Part shown: in pieces, positions 10,167 through 18,767 of the stretch
Position numbering within the stretch: position 1 is the first letter of the stretch
Layout: each line of letters opens with the position of its first letter
Assembly: GCA_965262915.1 (NCBI GenBank)
Contig: OZ253564.1
Location: 2,240,001-2,304,000 of the forward strand
DNA from: Candidatus Spongiisociaceae bacterium
GTDB lineage: Bacteria > Actinomycetota > Acidimicrobiia > Spongiisociales > Spongiisociaceae
DNA length: 64,000 nt
Reading direction: 5' to 3'
Program-made: the position numbers and the translations under genes
The notes under the pieces: generated by a model
Seen by the model: the letters and a program-made list of their open reading frames with translations, nothing else
Told to the model about the DNA's origin: nothing
The model's database searches: none

Positions 10167-10988
10167 TCACCCGTCACCGGCAACCGGGTGTCGGTTCTCG
10201 TCCACGAAGGCGGCAATGGCGTCGATCACGGGATCGGGCTGCTCCGTCATCATTGTGTGACCGGCGCCTTCGATCATCATCTCTCGCACATCCTCCAGGT
10301 TGTGGCGGAGCGGCTCGGCGGCTCGACGCGCGGTCATCACATCCAACGATCCGCTGATCAGCAGGGAAGGACAGCCGACCCTGGCGGCGGCCTCGGCGCC
10401 TCCCCGGTAGTTGTTGCAGGCGTGCAGATCCGTGGCGAGCACACCCGGCCGTGACCGTTCCCACAGCCGGATGGTCGACCCCATCATCCACACCCCAGGA
10501 GTCTGGTGCCCGCCGAGATGGGAGCGCCGTCCATGGCTCCAAGAGGCCAGCAGCTCGTAGGCGATGTGGTCGCCCGCCTCGGCGGCCGCCAGGAGGGCCG
10601 GATGAACGGGGATCGATGCGGCTCCGCCCACCATGGTCAGGGTGGATGCGATGCCCGGGTGCCGGGCCGCGGTTTCCAGGGCGATCAGACTGCCCATCGA
10701 GTGGCCCACCAGATGGGCAGTCCCGTAACCGGCTGTTACCACCAGGCTCGCCACCCAGTCGGCGTACCTCTCGATCGAGCAGAGAGGGGTTCCCTCCGAC
10801 CCTCCGTGGCCGGGAAGATCGACGGCCAGGACCGAGAAACCGTGGTGGGAGAAGTAGCGGGTCTGGAGCTGCCACGCGGTCTTGTCAAGACCGGAGCCGT
10901 GCAGGAACACCATCAGCGGCTTCCCGCGATCCACAGGACGACCGCCGGTCGTGGCGGAAACGGCGGCGCCGTCGACCGTGAGCCGCAC
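10167..10988 (-). CDS. Alpha/beta fold hydrolase
   Basis: FLHGSG, DLPGHGGS, GHSMG nucleophile elbow, GAGH; directly downstream of metY. Confidence 0.92.
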   Translation of the reverse strand: MRLTVDGAAVSATTGGRPVDRGKPLMVFLHGSGLDKTAWQLQTRYFSHHGFSVLAVDLPGHGGSEGTPLCSIERYADWVASLVVTAGYGTAHLVGHSMGSLIALETAARHPGIASTLTMVGGAASIPVHPALLAAAEAGDHIAYELLASWSHGRRSHLGGHQTPGVWMMGSTIRLWERSRPGVLATDLHACNNYRGGAEAAARVGCPSLLISGSLDVMTARRAAEPLRHNLEDVREMMIEGAGHTMMTEQPDPVIDAIAAFVDENRHPVAGDG

Positions 10989-10993
10989 GCTTC

Positions 10994-12286
10994 CTACCTC
11001 CTCGAGGCCCGCAGGGCAGCGGCGAGATCTCCGATCAGATCGGAGGGGTCCTCCAACCCGACCGAGAGGCGGATCAGGTCCTCGCCCACTCCGGCCCTCT
11101 CCAGTTGTCCGGCGTCCATGGTGGAATGGGTGGTGGAGGCCGGGTGGATGACCAAGGATTTCGCGTCACCCACGTTGGCGAGATGGGAGAAAACCTGCAG
11201 GCGTTCGATGAACCGTCTACCGGCTTCCCGGCCGCCCTCGATCCCGAAGGCGAAGATCGCTCCGCACCCGTCGGGCATCAATCGTGCCGCCCGATCATGG
11301 TCGGGATGGTCGGGCAGCTCCGGATAGCTGATCCAGGCCACCTCGGGTCGTCCGTCCAGGAACTCGACGACCTGGCGCGTGTTCTCGATGTGCTTCTGCA
11401 TCCGGATCGACAGCGTCTCGGTGCCCTGCAGGATGTAGAAGGCGTTCTGGGGAGCCAGCGGCGCCCCGAAGTCCCGCAGCCCCTCCACTCGAGCCCGGAT
11501 GATGAAGGCCTGTGTACCGAACTCCTCGGTGAACCGCAGGCCGTGGTAGCTGGGATAGGGTTCGGTAAGGGTCGGGAAACGTCCGGAGGCCTCCCAGTCG
11601 AACGTTCCGCCGTCGATCAGCGCTCCGCCGATCGCCACCCCGTGCCCACCGATGAACTTGGTGATCGAGTGATAGATCAGATCCACGCCCCACTCGAACG
11701 GTCTGAACAGGTAAGGAGTGGCGAACGTGTTGTCGAGCATGAAGGGCACCCCGGCTTCATGGGCGATCTCGGCCACCGCTGCCACGTCCATGATCTCCAG
11801 GCCGGGATTCCCCAGGGTCTCGCCGAACACCAGGCAGGTCTCGGGACGTATTGCCTCCCGGAAGCCGTCCGTGTCCCTCGGATGCACGAACGTGGTGGTG
11901 ATCCCGAAGCGGGGGAGGGTGATGGCCAACAGGTTGTTGGACCCTCCGTAGAGCGAGGAGGACGAAACGATGTGGCCCCCGCTGCCCATCAGGGTGGCGA
12001 TCCCCAGGAACATGGCGGACATGCCCGATGCGGTGGCGATGGCCCCCACCCCTCCTTCCAGCGCCGCCAGCCGCTCCTCGAGGGCCGCCACGGTCGGGTT
12101 GGAGATCCGGCTGTAGATGTGCCCCTGCCGTTCCAGGTTGAACAGCCCGGCCGCGTGCTCGACATCCCGGAACACGTAGGAAGTGGTCTGGTAGATCGGA
12201 ATAGCCCTCGCCCCGAAGTCCGAGTCCGGATGGTGCCCGGCGTGGACGCTGAGCGTGTCGAACTTGAGGAATCTGGGATCAACCAT
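10994..12286 (-). CDS. metY: O-acetylhomoserine aminocarboxypropyltransferase (OAH sulfhydrylase)
   Basis: PIYQTTSYVF, IYSRISNPT, LYGGS, DNTFATPYL, HSITKFIGGHG (PLP Lys), HLANVGDAKSLVIHPASTTH, IRLSVGLE. Confidence 0.95.
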   Translation of the reverse strand: MVDPRFLKFDTLSVHAGHHPDSDFGARAIPIYQTTSYVFRDVEHAAGLFNLERQGHIYSRISNPTVAALEERLAALEGGVGAIATASGMSAMFLGIATLMGSGGHIVSSSSLYGGSNNLLAITLPRFGITTTFVHPRDTDGFREAIRPETCLVFGETLGNPGLEIMDVAAVAEIAHEAGVPFMLDNTFATPYLFRPFEWGVDLIYHSITKFIGGHGVAIGGALIDGGTFDWEASGRFPTLTEPYPSYHGLRFTEEFGTQAFIIRARVEGLRDFGAPLAPQNAFYILQGTETLSIRMQKHIENTRQVVEFLDGRPEVAWISYPELPDHPDHDRAARLMPDGCGAIFAFGIEGGREAGRRFIERLQVFSHLANVGDAKSLVIHPASTTHSTMDAGQLERAGVGEDLIRLSVGLEDPSDLIGDLAAALRASRR

Positions 12287-12402
12287 GAGGCTCCTAGGCG
12301 CGAGCGCTAGCCTAGCCACCGGTCAGACCAGCGAGTGAACCGGCGACTTATATCGAGTCGTGGCTGTCACCCAGATTGTGGACTATCACCGAGAGACGAG
12401 GC

Positions 12403-12681
12403 ATGAGCACCACAGCCACGGCGCCGGGGGACAATGAACCCTTGCCCACCGAGGCGAGTCAACCTCAAAGATCGATCGAGCGGACATTCGCGGCCGGCGT
12501 GTGGCAGGAAGGCGAGTGGTACGTGGCCCAAGCGCTGCAGATCGACGTAGCAAGTCAGGGAGAGACGGTCGAGAGCGCCCTCACCAACCTCCGCGAGGCC
12601 CTGGAGCTTCACTTCGAGCCGCCCACTCCCACCGTATCTCCGCAGGTTCACAGCATCCGCGTGAAGGTTGCCGCGGCATAG
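12403..12681 (+). CDS. Type II TA HicB family antitoxin
   Basis: VWQEGEWYVAQALQIDVASQGETVESALTNLREALELHFE. Confidence 0.9.
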   Translation: MSTTATAPGDNEPLPTEASQPQRSIERTFAAGVWQEGEWYVAQALQIDVASQGETVESALTNLREALELHFEPPTPTVSPQVHSIRVKVAAA

Positions 12682-12812
12682 GCCACTCCCGCATCGTGAA
12701 GTCGAGCGTAGGTTGTGAGCGGCAGGATTCGAAAAGGACCGCCAACGAGGAAGCCACCGCAAGCTTGGACCGTCAACACAACTCATCCCAAGACGCTGGA
12801 CTCAACGTTGAG
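12668..12812 (+). pseudogene. HicA toxin pseudogene (hicBA order)
   Basis: TTG start overlapping the hicB end translates to PRHRPLPHREVERRL*AAGFEKDRQRGSHRKL (HicA GSH motif; in-frame TGA at 12716); a C-terminal-like DAGLNVE lies in another frame. Confidence 0.8.
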
Positions 12813-12944
12813 CCCCCCGGGGGTAGTCGTAGGCGGCCACGTCCGGCGCGCGTCGACCTCGAGACGGATCTCGTCTCGGTCCTCCCTAGGGATCCGATCG
12901 ACCCGGCCGGATTCTTCACAATTTCTGCTATCTTCATAGTCGTT

Positions 12945-13994
12945 GTGAAGAAGGATCCATTAGTAAAGATAGAAGGTAGGTTCACAGCCGAAGCCTTGCG
13001 GATCTTGCGCGCGATCCCTGGTATCGATGTTGATGTTATCGCAGAGCCGGCCGGCTTCGACCGTGGCGTCGACGCGCTCGTGAGGTTCGCAGGGACCGAG
13101 GCATGTGTCGCGATCGAGTTCAAGACTCGTGCCAACGCCGCGACCGCTTGGCACCTCGTCAACATCGCCCGGTTTCGTCCCGAGCTTCCATTGGTGCTCA
13201 TCACCGCCGAAACCACGGCCGACGCTCGGCGGATTCTCTCGGAGCATGACATCGCGTTCATTGATGGGCTCGGCAACGTACACATCGAACTGCCGGGACT
13301 GCTCTTTCACGTCACGGGGACCGGCCGGCCGACCCGCGCCCCGGCGCCGAGCCGCCTAGCGGGCAAAGCCGGCCTGGTCGCCCAAGCCCTACTGCTAGAT
13401 CCCGAGAGGGCATGGCGGATCAAAGACCTCGCGGAACAGACCGCCGTCTCGAGCGGCCTGACTCACCGCGTGCTGGCACGCCTCGAAGTTGAAGGCATCG
13501 TCAGCACCAAGGGTGCCGGTCCCCACCGGACGCGCCACGTCACGGATCCCACCGCGCTGCTGGATCTGTGGACCGAGGAAAACGTCGACAAACCAGTCCG
13601 CACCCGCGGCTACCTGCTGGCCCAGACGCCCCGGCAACTCATCACCGGACTCGGCGAGCGCCTCGACGGCGCCGGTATTGATTATGCGCTGACCGGATCC
13701 GCCGCCGCCAGCATCGTCGCGCCCTTCGTGACCACTATCACCGTCACCGAGGTATGGGTTGCCGCGGCAACCGACCCCCTAGAGTTCTTCGAGCGTACGC
13801 CGGTGACCCCGGTCACCGAGGGCCACAACGTCACGTTCCTGCAGGCCGGTACCGACGCACCGCTAGCTTTTCGCCAACGATCCGGTGGTCTTTGGATCGT
13901 CAACCGGTTCCGGCTCTACGCCGATCTCCGACGTGACATGCGCCGCGGGGTCGAGCAAGCGGATCATCTACGACGAGAGGTCATGAGGTTCTGA
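12945..13994 (+). CDS. Type IV TA AbiEi-like antitoxin/transcriptional regulator
   Basis: wHTH (WRIKDLAEQTAVSSGLTHRVLARL), LLDLW, YALTGSAAA, C-terminal RLYADL...RGVEQADHLRREV; start uncertain. Confidence 0.78.
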   Translation: MKKDPLVKIEGRFTAEALRILRAIPGIDVDVIAEPAGFDRGVDALVRFAGTEACVAIEFKTRANAATAWHLVNIARFRPELPLVLITAETTADARRILSEHDIAFIDGLGNVHIELPGLLFHVTGTGRPTRAPAPSRLAGKAGLVAQALLLDPERAWRIKDLAEQTAVSSGLTHRVLARLEVEGIVSTKGAGPHRTRHVTDPTALLDLWTEENVDKPVRTRGYLLAQTPRQLITGLGERLDGAGIDYALTGSAAASIVAPFVTTITVTEVWVAAATDPLEFFERTPVTPVTEGHNVTFLQAGTDAPLAFRQRSGGLWIVNRFRLYADLRRDMRRGVEQADHLRREVMRF

Positions 13995-14847
13995 TGCGCG
14001 ACCACCACACCGCCTACGACCATTACGTAACAGCCCGCTGCGAAAGAGTATTGCTCACACTTCTCGGCGACGTGGGCCCTTGGAGCGAGCGCATCTACCT
14101 CGCCGGCGGCCTCGCACCCCGCTACGTCGTCGGTCGGCTCCCCGCTGGAGCCAGAGCACATGTCGGCACTACTGATGTGGACCTGATCATCGGACTCGCC
14201 CTTGGCGACGAAGCTCCAGAGACCTACCGCACTCTCCACAACAATCTCAACAGAGCAGGCTTCAAACAGACCAAACCCAGTTTTCGATGGTCCCGAACGG
14301 TCGATGATGCCGGTGTCTACGTCGAATTCCTCTGCGAGACCGATCAGGTCGACCCGGGAGCCATCTACCGCCCGAAAGGAGGCACGGGCTCCAAGGTCGA
14401 CGCCTTCAACGTCCGCGGTGCCCAACTCGTCACGCGGGACTACATCGAACGCGCGATCGAAGGAGACCGACTCGACACGGCGGCCGCTCCACGGTGACAG
14501 TTCGCGTCGCCGGGCTGCTCCCTTACACGGTTCTGAAGATTCTCGCGTTCCAGGACCGCCACGAGAACAAGGACGCCTACGACCTCGTCTTTGTGATCGT
14601 CAACTACGCCGGCGGCCCAACCGCAGCCGGACGTGCTAGTGCTGCCAGCCCGATTGCCGGCCACCCCCAAGTCACCGAGGCTATCGACCTCCTCTTCGCA
14701 CGCTTCGCCGACGCAGACCACGACGGACCCCACGCCTACGCATCGTTCTTGGCGGACCCTGACGACGACGAGGCCAAGGCCCGGCTCCGCAACGAAGCCG
14801 TTGCAGCAATCGACCAGTACCTCGCCGGCTTCCAGGCGCAGATGTAA
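13994..14847 (+). pseudogene. AbiEii-like nucleotidyltransferase, frameshifted near 14478
   Basis: IYLAGGLAP...HVGTTDVDL in the first frame; VLKILAFQDRHENKDAYDL in the second; translationally coupled to AbiEi (TGATG). Confidence 0.78.
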
Positions 14848-15131
14848 ACGCGGACAATGGACAGCACAGGACACGCACTAGTCATCCTCGGCGCTGTGGT
14901 AGCGGTCGCTTCGCTTTCGCTAAGAATACGGGCGGATAAGCGAGCAGAACCGAAGGAGCGTCGTCAAGACCCGCTCCTGTTGTCTTTGCGCCTGCGCGAC
15001 GCAGCCACCGAACTCGTCGGCGATGCCAATATAGGATCTGGAGGTTCTCGCTGCTCGTGACCAATCAGTCCGATTGCGAGAACTCTGTCGTCCACGCCCG
15101 ATGCCGAATCTCGTACCGAACGTCCGGTAGC

Positions 15132-15191
15132 CACACCCGTAACGTTCACACCCGTAACGTTGACATCTGTAACGTTGACGTCCCTGTTTAC
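15132..15191. repeat. Imperfect 15-bp tandem repeat (CACACCCGTAACGTT x2, plus two degenerate copies)
   Basis: Read directly; lies just downstream of the DUF222/HNH gene. Confidence 0.75.
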
Positions 15192-15310
15192 GCAGGCCAT
15201 GGCGACAATCTCTGTGTGCGTGTTGGTTAACGCAAAGGATCGTGGACCGTATCCGTGATTTGTTCGGACGGTTCGCCTGTCGGGTGACGCCACTACCCAC
15301 CCACGTCTGA

Positions 15311-16594
15311 TCACGGGGCAGGGCCGTCGCGGGGGTGGGTTTGGTAGCCGTCGGGGGTTCGTCGGACTACGAGGTTGCTGGTTTCGAGCCATTTGTGGTG
15401 GCGGCGGCAGGCGGCGACGAGGTTGGCGATGTCGGTGCGTCCTCGGTCGCGATGCCATTCCTCCATGTGGTGGAGTTCGCATCGGTGCATGGGAGCGCAG
15501 CATTCGAAACATCCCCCGTCCCTAACGGTCACCGCCAGGCGTTGGGCGGCGTTCGCCAGGCGCTGCTTGCGGCCTAGCCAAAGGGGACGGCCCATCCGGT
15601 CGAAGACCATCCCCGCCAACTCGGTGTCCGGGCTGAGCGTTTCGAGTATCCGGCGGGGTACGGGGCCGACTCCGACGATCTCGCAGTGCCCGTTGGGGTT
15701 GGTGCCGTCGACCACGCCGTACGGAGCGACGAGGATGACCTGGGTGGAGGCCTTGGCCTTCACGCCAACGGTCTCGCCTATGAACTCGCCGGTGACCGCA
15801 TCGCGGTTGGTGAGCAACTCGAACACCACATCAACGAGACGCTGCTTCGGGGTACGGATTTCATCCGGGTCGCGGTCGTCGGCGCCGTCTCGGCGTAGGT
15901 GACGCATGTAGTGGCTGTCCACGGCTTGGCGGACGTGTTCGAGCTGGGGGCCGGGGAGTTTGGCCATGAGCACTCCGAGCCCTGTGTCCTTCTCCACCCA
16001 GAGTTTGGCTTCTCGGGCCCGCCGCTGACGTTCGAGAGGGTCTACGCCCGCTTCGATCAGCTTCTGGTTGGACCATTTCCGGGTGTGCCGGTCGAAGCTA
16101 TCGGGCAGGAGTTGGTCGGCAGCCTCGATCAGGCTGTCGTCGGCTTCCACAGCTTCGGGACCGACCTTCTCCGCGGCGTTTGCGAGAGCGTTGACGTGAT
16201 CTGCGGTGATTTCACCGGTCGCGAACCGCTCCCTGACTTTGGGCATTTCCGAGAGCTGGCGTGCTACCTTGGCTATCCGCTTGGATTCGCGCCCGGGTAG
16301 CCGCGCTCCCTGCCGCAATACCTCCGCCGGGTCGGTGTCGGAGTCCGAAGCAGACACCTGGCGGGTCACATCGCACATCAGGGACGTGACCACCGATTGC
16401 ATCTGGCCTAACAACCCGAGAGTCCGGTCTGCGTCGGGCCGGGACATCGGACCGATCTCGACTTGGTTCAACTCCCCGAGCGCGGCAGTGATCCGATCGG
16501 CTGGGTCGCTGTGGGAGCCATTCGACGCCTCGAGGGTTGCGCCGCCGACGCCGACGCTGTCTCCGAAGAGAGCGAACACATGTTCGTTGTCCAT
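15311..16594 (-). CDS. DUF222 / HNH endonuclease (13E12-repeat-like family)
   Basis: RTPKQRLVD, GRPLWLGRKQRLANAAQRLAVTVRDGGC..C, CELHHMEEWHRDRGRTDIANLVAACRRHH. Confidence 0.92.
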   Translation of the reverse strand: MDNEHVFALFGDSVGVGGATLEASNGSHSDPADRITAALGELNQVEIGPMSRPDADRTLGLLGQMQSVVTSLMCDVTRQVSASDSDTDPAEVLRQGARLPGRESKRIAKVARQLSEMPKVRERFATGEITADHVNALANAAEKVGPEAVEADDSLIEAADQLLPDSFDRHTRKWSNQKLIEAGVDPLERQRRAREAKLWVEKDTGLGVLMAKLPGPQLEHVRQAVDSHYMRHLRRDGADDRDPDEIRTPKQRLVDVVFELLTNRDAVTGEFIGETVGVKAKASTQVILVAPYGVVDGTNPNGHCEIVGVGPVPRRILETLSPDTELAGMVFDRMGRPLWLGRKQRLANAAQRLAVTVRDGGCFECCAPMHRCELHHMEEWHRDRGRTDIANLVAACRRHHKWLETSNLVVRRTPDGYQTHPRDGPAP

Positions 16595-16630
16595 GATGTA
16601 GTTATACCAAACGCCTGTGACAAATGTCAA
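16573..16630 (-). promoter_or_regulatory. Leaderless promoter of the DUF222/HNH gene with an SOS box and a PafBC-like motif
   Basis: Minus strand: TTGACA-N18-TATAAC-N6-ATG; TGTCACAG-N8-TATAAC is embedded in it; SOS box CGAACACATGTTCG at 16573-16586 lies just inside the ORF. Confidence 0.75.
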
Positions 16631-16692
16631 CCCCTACATATCGGCAACCTATAATATCAGTGATCAAGAACTGACCAATTGAATCCGCATAC

Positions 16693-16863
16693 TCAATCGG
16701 TGTTTGTCATGTTCGCGGTGGGATCTGCTGGTTTGAACCGGCCACCGAACCGTCGGGTGCCTTCTCCGCTGCGAGCATCGAAGCCGCGAGCCTGGTTGCG
16801 GTAGGTGCCGGCCCACAGCGACTGGGCCTCGACGCGAGCTACCGAATCGTGGGTCGGAACCAC
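16693..16863 (-). pseudogene. Truncated RES-domain toxin (56 codons)
   Basis: Translates to ...YRNQARGFDARSGEGTRRFGGRFKP, the RES N-terminal SGxGA..GGRFN motif, then stops; directly downstream of the Xre/MbcA antitoxin. Confidence 0.78.
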
Positions 16864-16868
16864 TCATC

Positions 16869-17204
16869 TCAGGCAGTAACGCCCTCACCGACGGCCAGAA
16901 ACAGATCGATCACGCGCTTGTAGTGGCCGGCAGCGACCAGATCGAGGGGCTTCTCGTAACCGAGATCGCGGTTGGGGGAACGCATCCAGAACCGTGCAGC
17001 GTCGTCGCGCATGACGCGGCGGGTAAGGTCGATCACCGCCCGGAGCTCGAGTAGCCGCTCTTCGGCGTGGCGGCGAGGAGCTGTTTCCTGGGAGCGCCAA
17101 CGGGCGACGCTGCGCGGGTTGGTCTCGCTAACCCGCGCCAGGTCGGCGGTGTCGACGACACGTCCTTCGTAGAGGTGATCCAGAAGAGTTGCGAGGGCCC
17201 TCAT
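16869..17204 (-). CDS. Xre/MbcA/ParS family antitoxin
   Basis: HTH (DLARVSETNPRSVARW) plus ARFWMRSPNRDLGYEKPLDLV; RBS AGGAGG. Confidence 0.9.
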   Translation of the reverse strand: MRALATLLDHLYEGRVVDTADLARVSETNPRSVARWRSQETAPRRHAEERLLELRAVIDLTRRVMRDDAARFWMRSPNRDLGYEKPLDLVAAGHYKRVIDLFLAVGEGVTA

Positions 17205-17301
17205 GTGCGATCGTCCTCCTAGGGTGTAGTAGCACGTCGTGTATTTGTCGTCCTATACGTCCCCAACAAGGTAAAGGGGCTCATCGATGCTCCTATGGTT
17301 G

Positions 17302-18531
17302 TCAAATCGATGATGGGGCGGTTTGGTGGGTGTGCAGCCAGTTCTGGTATCGGGTGGCGAGGTGGTGGTTGTGGTCTCGGCCGTGTTCGAGTGCTGAGAT
17401 GCGATTGGGGTGGGTTCCGACGGCTTGGGCGGTCTGGGTGAGGGTGATGCCGCGTTGTTGGCGTCGGGTGCGTAGGCGGGCGCAGTTCGGGGTTGGGTGC
17501 GGGTTGGTGAGGAGCCGGTAGATTTCTCGGGCGATGTGCCGCTTGAGGCAGCGGATGATCTCCTTTTTCTTCTTGCCCTCGGCCTTGCGTCGTGCCACGT
17601 AGGCTTTGGTGGCGGCGTCGGTGCGCATCCGGGTGGTAGCGATCCGCCATAGCGCGTTGTTGGCTTGGCGGTTGCCGCCCCGGTTGAGACGATGCCGAAG
17701 GGTTCGTCCTGATGACGCCTGGACGGGGCTGGCGCCGCACAGCGCCGCGAAAGACCGTTCCGATTTCATTCGCTTGGGGTTGTCGCCGGCGGCGACCAAC
17801 AACGCGGCGGCTGTGTCAGGACCGACACCTTCTGTGGCCAGCAGGGCCGGGTTGGCCTGGGCGCAGAGACGCCGGATCTCGGCTTCGAGTTGGGCGATCT
17901 CTACGTCGAGAGCCTGATACCGGCGGGCCAAATGCTGTAGGGCACGCTTCGCATACGCGGTGGTGGTGTGGTCTGTGCCGGGTCGGAACCGGGCACAGGT
18001 TTTGACCCGTGCTTTGAGATTCATGCCCTTTAGCTGGTGTTTTAGCGGCTCGGGAGCTGTTACGACCAGCGCATGTATCTGGTTAGCGGCCTGGGTGCGG
18101 GCCTTGACCGCGGAGCGGCGCACCACCCACAGCATCCGTATGCACTCGACCGGGCCCACACCGGACTTGGGAACCGCGGTTGCTTCGCCCGAGGCAGCTG
18201 CCCGAGCTGCCGCCTCGGCGTCGACGCTGTCGGTCTTGCCGCCCTTCTGGCGGCGTAGTTGGCGGTTGGGGCGGTTGACCTCCACCACCTCGATGTTCAT
18301 CTCGGTCAGGTAACGGGCCAGGCCGGCGCCGTAACTACCCGTTCCTTCCACCCCAACCCGAACCAACTGTCCCCGCGACTCGAACCAGGTGACCATTCGC
18401 CGATAACCGGATTCCTCCACCGCGAAAGACTCCGATCCCAGTACCCGCCCGACGCCATCCACCACCGCTGCTACGTGGACGTCCCGATGGGTGTCAACCC
18501 CACCGTAGATAATCTGGTCTGCTTCTCCCAT
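17302..18531 (-). CDS. IS110 family DEDD recombinase with a C-terminal XRE-type HTH
   Basis: GVDTH, VGVEGTGSYGAGL, KTDSVDA (DEDD), GVGP, PVQASSG, HRLNRGGNRQANNAL; tail RLRTRRQQRGITLTQTAQAVGTHPNRISALEHG. Confidence 0.97.
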   Translation of the reverse strand: MGEADQIIYGGVDTHRDVHVAAVVDGVGRVLGSESFAVEESGYRRMVTWFESRGQLVRVGVEGTGSYGAGLARYLTEMNIEVVEVNRPNRQLRRQKGGKTDSVDAEAAARAAASGEATAVPKSGVGPVECIRMLWVVRRSAVKARTQAANQIHALVVTAPEPLKHQLKGMNLKARVKTCARFRPGTDHTTTAYAKRALQHLARRYQALDVEIAQLEAEIRRLCAQANPALLATEGVGPDTAAALLVAAGDNPKRMKSERSFAALCGASPVQASSGRTLRHRLNRGGNRQANNALWRIATTRMRTDAATKAYVARRKAEGKKKKEIIRCLKRHIAREIYRLLTNPHPTPNCARLRTRRQQRGITLTQTAQAVGTHPNRISALEHGRDHNHHLATRYQNWLHTHQTAPSSI

Positions 18532-18574
18532 GATGCTCTTCTCCTCTAGGGGATAGAATCATTTCCGATCCCCG

Positions 18575-18748
18575 GACCCGTGTGCGGTTGGACAGGCCAC
18601 TCACGGTGGAGAAGTTGAAGGCTCCTATTAGGTCACATCCGCCCCGGGTCACGGGCGTCACGCCCCAGGCCGGGAACGGGCCGACAGATCGATGAAAAGG
18701 CACAAGGCCAGATTTCAGTTGGGTCAGACCCGCCCTAGCCCAGGAACC
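18575..18748 (-). ncRNA. Predicted IS110 bridge RNA
   Basis: Two stem/internal-loop domains folded by eye; loop segments ACTGAAATC and TCATCG(AT) match the insertion site, and ATAGGAGC and TGAGTG(G) match the IS ends; RNA boundaries approximate. Confidence 0.85.
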
Positions 18749-18767
18749 CTCCAATTATGAGTGGATT

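Larger units (their letters stand above)
17286..18762 (-). mobile_element. IS110 family element inserted in the ISL3 right inverted repeat
   Basis: No terminal IRs or TSD; removing it restores a 25-bp ISL3 IR; -35 TTGACA at the right end and -10 CATAAT at the left end join with a 17-bp spacer on circularisation; boundary uncertain by 1-3 bp. Confidence 0.9.

Noticed and set aside
12287-12400. SAM riboswitch upstream of metY
   Set aside because: No recognisable SAM-I/IV core, and little leader space
12716-12718. In-frame TGA in hicA as selenocysteine or readthrough
   Set aside because: Not a Cys position, no SECIS seen, and the gene is also deleted downstream
12501-12944. First ~150 aa of the 497-aa ORF
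   Set aside because: Overlaps hicB and the hicA remnant; family similarity starts only near 12945
15132-15191. 15-bp repeats as a CRISPR array or pentapeptide-repeat gene
   Set aside because: No spacers, too short and no cas genes; the overlapping ORF looks like a shadow frame
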